Assembly (NCBI GenBank): GCA_051313645.2
Contig: JBNRSN020000003.1
Location: 370,450,001 to 370,514,000 of the forward strand
Source: Centroscyllium fabricii
Lineage: Eukaryota
Length of the DNA: 64,000 bases
Direction: 5' to 3'
Made by a program: the position numbers and the translations under genes. The notes below the pieces were generated by a model, which was not told the DNA's origin, ran no database searches, and saw only the letters and a list, made by a program, of their open reading frames with translations. Numbering within the stretch: the stretch's first letter is position 1; every line of letters begins with the position of its first letter. This document shows, piece by piece, positions 23,010-34,666 of this stretch.

Positions 23010-26000
23010 AAAACCCATCTGGTTCACTAATGTCCTTTAGGGAAGGAAATCTGCCGTCCTTACCCAGTCTGACCCTATGTGTGACTCCAGACCCACAGCA
23101 ATGTGGTTGACTCTCAACTGTCCTCTGAAATGGTCTACCAAGCCACTCAGTTGTAACAAACCACTATGTAAAATAATCATAAGAATAAAACTGGACGGAC
23201 CACCCGGCATCAATCTAGGCAGCGGATTCGGACATGCCAAAGGCACACCCAGCCCACTCGACCCTGCAAAGTCCTCTTCACTAACATCTGGGGACTTATG
23301 CCAAAATTGGGAGAGCTGTCTCACAGACTAGTCAAGCAACAGCCTGACATAGTCACACTCACAGAATCATACCTTTCAGCCAACGTCCCAGACTCTTCCA
23401 TCACCATCCCTGGGTATGTCCTATCCCACCGACAGACCCACCAGAGGTGGCGGCACAGTGGTATACAGTCGGGAGGGAGTAGCGCTGGGAGTCCTCAACA
23501 TTGACTCTGGACTCCATGATATCTCATGGCATCAGGTGAAACATGGGCGAGGAAACCTCCTGCTGATTACCACCTACCCTCAGCTGATGAATCAGTACTT
23601 CTCCTTGTTGAACACCACTTGGAAGAAGCACTGAGAGTAGTAATGGCACAGAATGTACTCTGGGTGGGGGACTTCAATGTCCATCACCAAGAGTGGCTCG
23701 GTAACACCACTACTGACCGAGCTGGCCGAATCTTGAAGGATATAACTGCCAGTCTGGGTCTGCGGCAGGTGGTGAGAGAACCAACACGAGGGAAAAACCT
23801 ACTTGACCTCGTCCTCACCAATCTACCTGTCACAGATGCATCTGTCCATGATAGCATTGGTAGCAGTGACACCGCGCAGTCCTTGTGGAGACAAAGTCCC
23901 GTCTTCACACTGAGGCCACCCTCCACCGTGTTGTGTGGCACTACCACCGTGCTAAATGGGATAGATTCAGAACAGATCTAGCAGCTAAAAACTGGGCATC
24001 CATGAGCTGCTGTGAGCCATCAGCAGCAGCAGAATTGTGTTCCACCACAATCTGTAACCTCATGGCCCGGCATATCTCTCACTCTACCATTACCATCAAG
24101 CCAGGGGACCAATCCTAGTTCAATAAGGAGTGTAGAAGAGCATGCCAAGAGCAGCACCAGGCGTACCTAAAAATGAGGTGCCAACCTGGGGAAAGTACAA
24201 CAAGGGATTACATGAATGCTAAACAGCGGAAGCAGCATGCTATGGAGAGGGCTAAGTGATCCCACAATCAATGGATCAAATCAAAGCTCTGCAGTCCTGT
24301 CACATCCAGCCATGAATGGTGGTGGACCATTAAACAACTAATGGGAGGAGGAGGCTCCACGAACATCCCCCCATCCTCAATGATGACGGAGCCTAGCATG
24401 TGAGTGTAAAAAGCAAGGCTGAAGTGTTTGCAGCCATCTTCAGCCAGAAATGCCGAGTGGATGATCGATCTCGGCCTCCTCTTGAGCTTCCCACTATCAT
24501 TCCACGTGATATCAAGAAACGGCTGCGCGCACTGGATACAGCAACGGCTATGGGCCCTGACAACACCCCAGCTATCATGCTGAAGGCTTGTGCTCCAGAA
24601 CTAGCCGCGCCTCTAGCCAAGCTGTTCCAGTACAGTTACAACACTGGCATCTACCCGACAAAGTAGAAAATTCGTCCTGTCTACAAAACGTAGGACACTC
24701 CAATCTGGCCAATTACTGCCCCATCTGTCTACTCTCCATCATCAGCAGAGTGATGGAAGGTGTCATCAACAGTGCTAACAAGCGGCACTTACTCACTAAT
24801 AACCTGCTCACCGACCCTCAGTTTGGGTTCCGCCAAGACCACTCGGCTCCTGACCTCATTACAGCCTTGGTCCAAACATGGACAAAGGAGCTGAATTCCA
24901 GAGGTGAGGTGAGAATGACTGCCCTTGACATCAAGGCAGCATTTGACCAAGCATGGCACCAAGGAGCCCTAGTAAAACTGAAGTCAGTGTGAATCAGGGG
25001 GGAAAACTCTCCACTGGCTGGAGTCATACCGAGCACAAAGGAAGATGGTTGTGGTGGTTGAAGGTCAATCATCACAGCCCCAGGACATCAGTGCAGGAGT
25101 TCCTCAGGGCAGTGTCCTAGGCCCAACCATCTTCAGCTCCTTCATCAATGACCTTCCCTCCATCATAAGGTCAGAAGTGGGGAAGTTTGCTGATGATTGC
25201 AGTGTTCAGTTCCATCCACAACTCCTCAGATAATTAAACAGTTCATGCCCAAATGCAGCAAGACCTGGATGACATTCAAGCTTGGGCTGATAAGTGGCAG
25301 GTAACATTTGCGCCACACAAGTGCCAGGCACTGACTATCTCCAACAAGCAAGAGTCTAACCACGGCCCCTTGACATTCAACGGCATTACCATCATCAAAT
25401 CCACCACCATCAACATCCTGGGGGTCACCATCAACATGCTGGGGGTCATCGTTAACCAGAAATTTTACTGGACCAACCACATAAATACGATGGCTAAAGG
25501 AGCACGTCAGAGGCTGGGTATTCTGCAGCGAGTGTCTCACCTCCTGACTCCCCAAAGCTTTTGCACAATCTACAAGGATCAAGTCAGGATTGTGATGGAA
25601 TACTCTCCACTTGCCTGGATGAGTGCAGCTCCAACAACACTCAAGAAGCTTGACACCATCCAGAACAAAGCAGCCCGTTTGATTGGCACCCCATCCACCA
25701 CCTTAAACATTCACTCCCTCCACCACCGGCGTTCAGTGGCTGCAGTGTGTACCATCTACAAGATGCACTGCAGCAACTCGCCAAGGCTTCTTCGGCAGCA
25801 CCTCCCAAACCCGCGACCTCTTCCACCTAGAAGGAAAAGGGTAGCAGGCGCATGCGAACACCATCACCTGCAATTCCCCTCCAAATCACACACCATCCTG
25901 ACTTGAAAGTATATCGCCGATCATTCATCATCGCTGGGTCAAAATCCTGGCACTCCCTACCAAACAGCACTGTGGGAGTACCTTCACCTCACGGACTGCA

Positions 26001-26090
26001 GCGGTTCAAGAAGGCGGCTCACCACCACCTTCTCCAGGGCAATTAGGGATGGGCAATAAATGTTGACCTTGCCAGTGACGCCCACAGCCT
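23010..26090 (+). mobile_element. Near full-length decayed LINE family A (AP endonuclease + RT)
   Basis: QQPDIVTLTESYL, RGGGTVVY, WVGDFNVHH, LLDLVLTN, LDIKAAFD, GVPQGSVLGP, FADD; many stops and frameshifts. Confidence 0.9.
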
Positions 26091-27616
26091 TTTAATTATT
26101 AACAAAAAACAAATTTTCACTTTTGGTGGGGGTGGAAAACTGGCAAAACGCATCGGCCGCTCATTTATTCGCCTTGCACGATTGCCCTTTAAGGCCATAT
26201 GACGGGCTGCCCATCAGCTTCTGCCAGTTTCCTGCCCTCACACAAAGTGAGAATTAATCCTTCACCGCGCTGCGGTTTACACTTGATAAATGGTAACCTG
26301 CAGGAGGTACCGACTCAACATGCACGAAGGAAAAGACCCGGATTGCGAGTCTCCTTCAGTGAGCCATTCCAAACTAGGGCAAAACATTTGCACTGAACGA
26401 TTTAAAATTTGACTTTGGAAGTGCAACACTGCCTCCTGGTGACCAAAAATTGTACTACCTGATTAAATATTCCAGATTTTATGCATCAGAAGTAAAAGTG
26501 ATTTTGCCCCATATAGTACTCTCGAGTGAGAGTGGAAATGTTGTTGCATTCCTTCTTTTCAGGCAGATTCAAGTGACCTGCAGCCCTGGAGTCTGCGACC
26601 TTCTAATCAGAACAGAAACCTGCTTTAGCTTCGCCCCTCTGGAATTCTCTTTGTAACTTCTCCTCCCAGCTTTAACAGGCTCCTTCAAAGCCTATCTTTG
26701 CAACTGAGCTTTCAGTCTGCCCTCTGACCTCTTCTGCTACTTGGTGTTTGTCTATTCTCTGCTGTGTGGAGGCCTTAAAGACTCCAGAAAAATGACACTT
26801 TTTTGTCGCTCGAGACCGCTTCTTGTTCATAATGAGATGAACGGTGAAGACCCAAAACCATGGCGCAAGATGCCTTTAAGAAGACAAGAGTCAAGGAGAA
26901 CACACAGTAAATTCATAAGTGGAGCTTAGGTGACCCCAAGATTGGGCTTTGGAAGCTTTTAAGTTTGAGCAGCAAGGAAAGACTAAGGGAGGGAAGGAGT
27001 TACATGGTTGTGGTATCGTGGGAAAGAATACATGCACTTTTATTTAGTTTAGGGAACATTTTAATTAGGTAGATTCCAATTTTTGTTTTAATTGTTCATG
27101 GGATGTAAAGAGACTGGCAAAGCCACATTTATTGCCCTGTGGGAGGCTACGGTCTCCCGCGTAAAGAAAGTCAACACAGCGAGCTACAAGAAATAGGTCT
27201 TTACTCCAACTCCCACAATACAGTACTGAATTCGTAAAGCCCGCGAACCTGTGATGACTCACGGGTTGGTCACCTGCTGGAACCTGATTGGCTTTCCTTC
27301 TCTCAGGAGCAGGCAAGTCTGAACATGCCTTATTCCGCTCAGCTTGCAACTGCCTTGCTTGGGGAGGGGAATACAGCAGTTAAAAGGGGATTATACAGGT
27401 TTATCTCCGTACACACAGTGCTTCCCCAATGTGGCAACGCCACATCCCATCCTTCGTTGCCCTGAGAAAGTTAACCACCGCAGTCCTTGTAGTGATGGTG
27501 CTCCTACAATTGTGTTCGATAGGGAATTGCCGGATACTGCCCCAGTGAAGATGAATGGATGCCGATATTTGTCCAAATCGGGGTGCTGTGTGTGGACTGG
27601 GAGGAAATCACAGTGA

Positions 27617-29245
27617 CCGGGCAGGGGATGGCGATGGGGAAATGCGAGTACTCGTCAATGACGTTTAAAAAGTACACGTTTCGGTTGGACGAGGGGAGGG
27701 GCCCTTTAAAATCGACGCTGAGTCGCTCAAAGGGGCGGGTGGCCTTGATCAGGTGTGTCTGGTCCGGCCGAAAGAAGTGCGGCTTGCACTCTGCACAGAC
27801 TCGGCAGTTCTTGGTCATGGTCTTGACCTCCTCAATGGAGTAGGGGAGGTTGTGGGACTTAATGAAATGGACCAACCTGCTGACTCCCGGGTGGCAGAGG
27901 TCGTTGTGCAGGGTCTGGAGACGGTCCACTTGTGCGCTGGCACATGTACCGCGGGACAGGGCATCTGGGGGTTCGTTGAATTTCCCGGGCCGGTACAAGA
28001 TATCATAATTGAAAGCAGAGAGCTCAATTCTCCACCTCAATATCTTGTCATTCTTGATTTTACCCCACTCTTGGTTGTTGAACATGAACGCGTCTGAGCG
28101 TTGGTCAGTCAGCAGGGTAAATTGTTTGCCGGCCAGGTAGTGCTTCCAGTGTCGCACTGCTTCAACAATGGCCTGGGCCTCCTTCTCAACGGAAGAGTGT
28201 CGGGTCTCGGGGCCCTGGAGGGTGCGCGAGAAGAAGGCCACGGGTCTGCCCGCCTGGTTAAGGGTGGCGGCCAGGGCAAAGTCGGACGCATCGTTCTCTA
28301 CCTGGAACGGAATGGACTCGTCCACAGCATGCATCGTGGCCTTTGCAATATCCTGTTTTATGCCGCAGAAGGCCGTGCGGGCCTCTGCCGACAGGGGAAA
28401 GGAGGTTGATTTGAGTAGTGGGCGGGCTTTGTCTGCGTAATTGGGGACCCACTGGGCATAATAAGAAAAGAACCCCAGGCACCTTTTCAGGGCCTTGAGG
28501 GAGTGGGGGAAGGGGAGCTCCAGGAGGGGGTGCATGCGGTCTGGGTCGGGACCGATGACCCCATTCTCCACAACACTGCCGAGGATGGCGAGGCGGGTTG
28601 TCCTGAACACACATTTTTCCGTGTTATAGGTCAGGTTCAGATTTTTGGCGGTGTGGAGAAATTTCTGGAGGTTGGTGTCGTGGTCCTGCTGGTCGTGGCC
28701 GCAGATGGTCACATTATCAAGATACGGAAAGGTGGCCCGCAGTCTGTACTGATCAACCATTCGGTCCATCTCCCTTTGGAAGACCGAGACCCCGTTGGTG
28801 ACACCAAACGGAACCCTGAGGAAGTGATAGAGGTGGCCGTCTCCCTCGAAAGCAGTATAGTGGCGGTCCTCTGAGCGGATTGGGACCTGGTGGTACGCAG
28901 ACTTCAGATCGATGGTCGAGAAGACCCGATACTGGGCGATCTAGTTCACCATATCCGCTATGCGGGGGAGGGGATACGCATCTAGCTGCGTAAACCGGTT
29001 AATGGTCTGACTGTAGTCCACGACCATCCAGTGCTTGGCTCCGGTCTTCACAACTACTACCTGTGCCCTCCAGGGGCTATTACTGGCCTCGATGAACCCT
29101 TCCTTCAGGAGCCACTTCACCTCAGACTTGATGAAGTCCCTGTCCCCGGTACTGTGGCGCCTACCTTTGGTGGCGACGGGCTTGCAGTCCGGGGTGAGGT
29201 TGGCGAAGAGTGAGGGAGGGGCGACCTTAAGGGTCAAGAGACCGC
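27617..29245 (-). mobile_element. Ty3/Gypsy pol fragment (RT-RNaseH-integrase N-half), inverted relative to the rest of the element
   Basis: SPWRAQVVVV..VDYSQTIN..YPLPRI, YLDN, DASDFALAA, EKEAQA, HPG..CRVC, DFKGP. Confidence 0.9.
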
Positions 29246-30347
29246 AGGGCATCGCTACCAGCAGGACTACCAGCTATAACCCCCGGGGGAACGGACAGGT
29301 GGAGAGGGAGAACGCCACCATCTGGAAGGCCATCCTGTTAGCTCTACGGTCTAAAGGGCTCCCAGTCTCCCGCTGGCAGGACGTCCACCCCGAAGCGCTC
29401 CACTCCATTCGGTCACTTTTATGTACGGCCACTAACGCCACCCCTCACGAGCGACTCTTTGCCTTCCCTAGGAAGTCGGCTTCAGGGACCTCGCTGCCGT
29501 CATGGTTATCGTCCCCAGGACGCGTCCTGCTCCGGAAGCACGTGAGGGGCCATAAGTCGGAACCCCTGGTCGAACGGGTCCACCTCCTGCATGCCAACCC
29601 CCAGTACGCTTACGTGGCGTACCCTGACGGGAGGGAGGATACGGTGTCCATCAAGGACCTGGCACCCACGGGCGCCCCCAAGACCAGTACGACCCATCAG
29701 CCCGCACCCCCCCCCCCCTGCCTACCGCCACCTTTGGGGCACCAGCACCATGGTATGCCGCTTCCCACGAGGCACCAGCGCCACGGTACGCCCACGCAGC
29801 ACCTGCAGGCAGCACGGTATGGCCCCCTAATCTACGCAACCGCCAGCCGGATGACGAATGGGAGAGCACGCCCCTGATTGTTACCGCAAGGGGCCAAGCA
29901 TCAGATCAAACGCCCTCGCCGACTCCGATGTCGCCGACTCCACCGCCAACGGTGCGCCCGCCGACTCCACCACCAGCGGTGCGCCGCTCGACGAGGCAGA
30001 CCAGGCCGCCCGACAGACTTAACCTTTAATGATTGCATTGTATTCGCCCCGCCGGACTTTGTTTTTTAACAAGGGTTGAATGTGGTAAACCACTTTGTAT
30101 ATATATCTGTATCATATCCATGGCCTGTAACATTGTATATAGTTCTGTGTGTACTGCTTGTCTGGGCATGCCCATGCTGACCCCGCCTGTGACACCTACT
30201 CCCAGGACAGGTATAAAGGTGACTGTCTCCCTCCCCCCATTCATTCCGGGAGCAGTCGACTAGCTGGTGCATGCCCAACCTTTAGCAAATAAAAGCCTTT
30301 TATTCACCTCGTAACTTCTCGTCTCCGAGGTCATTGATACGGTATCA
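29246..30347 (+). mobile_element. Same Gypsy: integrase C-half, PPT and 3' LTR (30081-30347)
   Basis: TTSYNPRGNGQVERENATIWK; PPT-like AACAAGGGTTGAA; LTR TGTGG..TATCA with TATAAA and AATAAA. Confidence 0.85.
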
Positions 30348-30555
30348 CTTATATTTTAGAGTTTGAAACTGCGTAAGTGAACTGTGATGAGTTAGAATCA
30401 TCATTATTTAATTGTATTTTACTTCTGAGAGTGAAAACAGCCAGTATCTATACAGCCAGTCCGCAGCTAAATAAAATGCACAAAATGTCACCAACAGAGC
30501 AAAAAACTTCTCACAGAAAAGTTCAGTTAAAATGTGTAAGAGGGCAGCGCTAGAA

Positions 30556-31302
30556 TGGCCCAGAAATTCGGGTCAGTGCAAGCCTCCAACCTGCACTTAC
30601 CTAGCGCGCCGACCGTTGGCTGTGGGCCTGCATGGAATTCCGATGCGGGGCCTTCCTGAACTGCCGGCGCGCCGTGCCCCCGGATCCCAGCGGCGCAGTT
30701 AGTGCGAGGGATCGCACGGGATCACGTGGGCTACGGAGAGCCAATCGGAGCTCAGAATGCTCCATTTATCAGTTTGACAGGAAGACCTGTCAAACTTATG
30801 AATACTACAACCCCAAAACCACAGTAAATCTTCAAATAAATTTTAAAAAAAACATCACATTTTTAAAAATAACTATCAATCACATAAATTAGCTATTTTA
30901 AACAAATTTAAATTTTTGAAAAAAATAATTAAAATTTTTAACGGGGCTAAAAATCAACTTACCTTTCTTTACAGTACAGGGTATTTAAAAATAAAAAAAC
31001 TGGAATTTTTTTTTAATTGAATTAATTCACCAGTTACCTTCTGAAAAGAGGTCTTTGCGCTTGAAAATTGGAACTGTATCTTTCTCCATACTTACCCGCA
31101 CACAGACCTATAAACAAAAATCACGAGTGCATTGCGCACGCGCTGCCGCGATGCGTTCCAACCCCTGACCCCTTCTGTCAGGGGATCGGAAGTGCTGGTT
31201 TCGTGCGCATGCGTTGTGCATGCACGAAACTGACACTTCGGATGGGCCTACAGGTGAGAACCCAACACGGACTCAGGCGTTGGGAGCGGAATTTCTGGGC
31301 TG
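30556..31302 (+). mobile_element. Family X TIR element copy 4, flanked by ~144-bp direct repeats
   Basis: TGGCCCAGAAATTC / GAATTTCTGGGC; 30413-30556 is similar to 31304-31447. Confidence 0.8.
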
Positions 31303-32311
31303 ATGTATTTTACTTCTGAGAATGAAAACAGCTGGAATCTATGCAGCCAGTCCGCAGCTAAATAAAATACACAAAATGCCACCAACAGAGCAAAAAACTT
31401 CTCCTGGAAAAATTCAGTTAAAATATCTGAGAGGGCAGTGCAAGAATATATTTTGCTGCGTCTTTTGTGATCAATACTGTCGAGCTGATTTTTTTCTTTT
31501 TCCTCTTGGTTTAATCTGGCCTGTTCATCATTGTCAGCTGTCTGTGCGAGCTAGCGGAGACGATGGCCTGGTGATAACATTTTCTGCAGTGTGGTTGTGT
31601 CATTTATTCTCGTGGAAATGTTGGTCAAGGACATCCGAAGTTGTGCAACTCCCCTCCCTGCGGGATAGTCAAGTGACAGATAATAGCTATTCATGTATAA
31701 TCTGGCGCCCAAAGACATTGAAAGAAAATGGACACGTCACAATAAAAATAGTTCTGTCAAAAATTCAGTCCTTTAAGAAGCTGTGTTTTGCATAATATGA
31801 GTGTTTATCTTGATTAGCCTATAATGATTGGATTTATGGAAAATAGTGTATTGTAATCAGTGGGTCTTTTCACATAAGTTAGCAATGATTTGTTTGGCGG
31901 GTCACCTATTTTAATGTTTGAACTGAATGCCTCCCAGCCAGTATTAACCTATATAAACCTTTTCCCTTGCATAATAATTCCGAGCTCCCTTTATCTAATA
32001 ATAGCTGTTACACAGCCTCTTGCAGGTTTTGTGACGAGAAAGTGGAAACAGAGAGCTGGTCAAATGAGAGCAGAAAAACTAATCAGCCCTGCATCCGTTT
32101 GTCCCAGTCGCTCTTTGAAGACCATTGGGGCTTTCAGGATAGCCAATGGCATCGTCTCTGGTCGCTGCTTTCAAGCAGCTTTCTCAGAGCCTATCAGCGA
32201 CTACTTCCTGTTGGCCATTCAGTTAGAATACCTGAGATGTATAGTTGATTTACTTGTGTTTAAAGGGGTTGTGATGGTGTTGTAGTTGTCTAGAAAGAAT
32301 TGGAAAGAAAG

Positions 32312-32880
32312 ACAGACTTGCATTTATATAGCACCTTTCATCACATCAGGATGTCCCAAAGTGCTTTGCAGCCAATCAAGTCCTTTTTGAAGTGCGGTAG
32401 CTAATTTGCCAACAGACAGCAATGTGATTATGACTAGATAATCTGTTTTTAGGTGTTCATTGAGGGATAAATATTGTCCAGGACATCAGGGAGAACTCCC
32501 CTCCTCTTCTTCAAAATAGTACCATGGGATCTTTTGCGTCTATCTGAAAGAGGAAAACAAAACTTTGGTTTAATGTCTCATCAGAAAGACGGCACCTCCG
32601 ACGGTGCAGCACTCCCTCAGTACTGCACTGGCGTGTCGGCCTTGCTTATGTGCTCAAGTCTCTGAAGTGGGGCTTGAACCCTCTTTTTTTCTTACACAGC
32701 GATTTGGGAATGCAGTGCCTGAAGCAGATTCAATAGTAACTCTCAAAATCGCATTGGATATACACTTGCAATGGAGTAATTTGCTGGGCTATGGGGAGAG
32801 AGCAGGGGGGAGTGGAACTAATTGGAGAGCTCTTTCAAAGAACCGGTGCCGAATGGCCTCCTTCTGTGCTGTATGATTCT
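32312..32880. mobile_element. Deu-SINE (-, ~32312-32680) followed by old CR1 3' fragment (+)
   Basis: Matches to other copies in the window. Confidence 0.7.
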
Positions 32881-33711
32881 GTGGATGCCACCTGAATTTA
32901 ATAGTACATTCATCAGCCATTCATCTTTAACAGACCGAGCAGGAGGAGTTTTATTTGACAAATGGCAGGTGTGAGGCTTTAGCAGAGAATAAGTGGCCTC
33001 TAGTTTGAGAGCAAGACCATCCTTCACTGTATAACAATGCTCCTGTGTATCTTTACTGAACAAACATGTCACTAAAACATGAGCAAGATTGGCTGTTTTA
33101 TGGCAAAACATCACGGATGACTTATAGGTGAGGTGATTAACAAATTGATCATCGTTAACCTAACAACCTCGGCTCACCCATTCTCATTGAATTGATCCTG
33201 GCAAGATGAAGCCAAGTGAAGCCTCCTGTGGTGTCGAAGGAGGCAGCCGCTCCCTTGGGGGCCTTTAAAAAAATAAAAAAATAAAAATTTCAGAAGAATT
33301 CGGATTCATATACTTAATTTCAACCCATTTCTGGCAGTTTTTGAATTTAAATTTTTTATATTAGTGACAGAACCAAGCTGAAGAAGTTGCTGAGGACGAT
33401 GATGAGGGAACCGTATTCTTATTCGTACAGTTACAGTCCTAGTCGCCCGTCGGATTATTGCTGTGGAACTGATTCAACTGGAAGGCGCTGTGCTATGTGT
33501 TCCCACCGCCAATGTTCCCCCTCATTTTTTTTCTTTTGAGGATGCGGTCCCCTTAACGGGCTGCACGGCCCATTCAAAATTTCACACTTGCGCAAAATGT
33601 CCCGTTGAAAAGCCGGTGATCGGCCTGCGCGGGTCATCCAGACAGCTGTGCGACCGCACAACTTACTGGAAACATTGCCCCTCATCCCTTTGCTCCCAGT
33701 CCAGCAACTCA

Positions 33712-34300
33712 TAAGAACATACGAAACAATAAGAACATAAGAAATAGGAGCAGGAGTCGGCCAATCGGCCCCTCGAGCCTGCTCCGCCATTCAACAAGAT
33801 CATGGCTGATCTGGTCCTAACCTCAAATCTACTTTCACTCTCCATCCCACCCGAACCCATGTGATCTCCTGGGTAGGCGAAAAACCAGATTAAAAACCCA
33901 GTGGCCAATTTGGGAGAAAAAATCTGGGCAATTCCTCTCCGACCCATCTAGGCGATCGAAAACTGGTCCAGGAGATCACATGGCCGATCTGAACCTAGCC
34001 TCACGTCCACTTACCTGCCCGCTCACCATAACCCCTAATTCCCTTTCCTTCCAGGGAATAGGAGCAGGAGTCGGCCATTTAGCCCCTCGAGCCTGCTCCG
34101 CTATTTAATGAGATCATGGCTGATCTGATCTTGGGCTCAGCTTCCTTTCCCTGCCCGCTCCCCATAACCCTTCACTCCCTTATTGTTCAAAAATCTGTCT
34201 ATCTCCAAAAGACCCAGCCTCCACAGCTCTCTGGGGCAGGGAATTCCACAGATTTACACCCCTCCTGAGAGAAGACATTCCTGCTCATCTCAGTTTTAAA
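33712..34300 (-). mobile_element. Two adjacent CR1 3' ends; the first carries the structured UTR module (33857-33983)
   Basis: CR1 tail TAGGAGCAGGAGTCGGCC at ~33746 and ~34059. Confidence 0.85.
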
Positions 34301-34666
34301 TGGGCAACCTCCTCGATTTTAAAATTCTCATCCTTGTTTCCAAATCCCTCTGCATCCCTGTAACCTCCTCCCGCCCTACAACCTTCCGAGATCTCAGCGC
34401 TCCTCCAATTCTGGCCTCTTGCTCATCCCTGATTATAATCGCTCCACCATTGGCAGCCGTGCCTTCAGCTGGCTGGGCCCTAAGCTCTGTAATTCCCTCC
34501 CTCAACCTTTCCGCCTCTCTACTTCTCTCTCTTCCTTTAAGGCGCTCCTTAAAATCTACCTCATTGACCAGGTTTTTTGGTCACCTGTCCTAGTATATCT
34601 CTTTATGTGGTTCGATGTCAAATTTTGTCTGATAACGCTCCTGTGAAGCGCCTTGTGACATTTTAC
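34300..34666 (+). mobile_element. L2-like LINE 3' end (continues 39103-39140 after the Gypsy insertion)
   Basis: FKILILV.., RSTIGSRAFSWLGPKLCNSLP..SFKALLKIYL; tail GCTATATAAATGAAAGTTGTTGTTG. Confidence 0.75.

Noticed and set aside
26750-26929. VYSLLCG.. as the upstream ABCA2 exon (VYHLLFG-like)
   Set aside because: No AG acceptor before it, no further similarity, and it overlaps an L2-like tail; no upstream ABCA2 exon was recognised in 1-46800
33371-33412. Acidic mini-exon NQAEEVAEDDDEGT
   Set aside because: Weak splice signals and no recognisable homology
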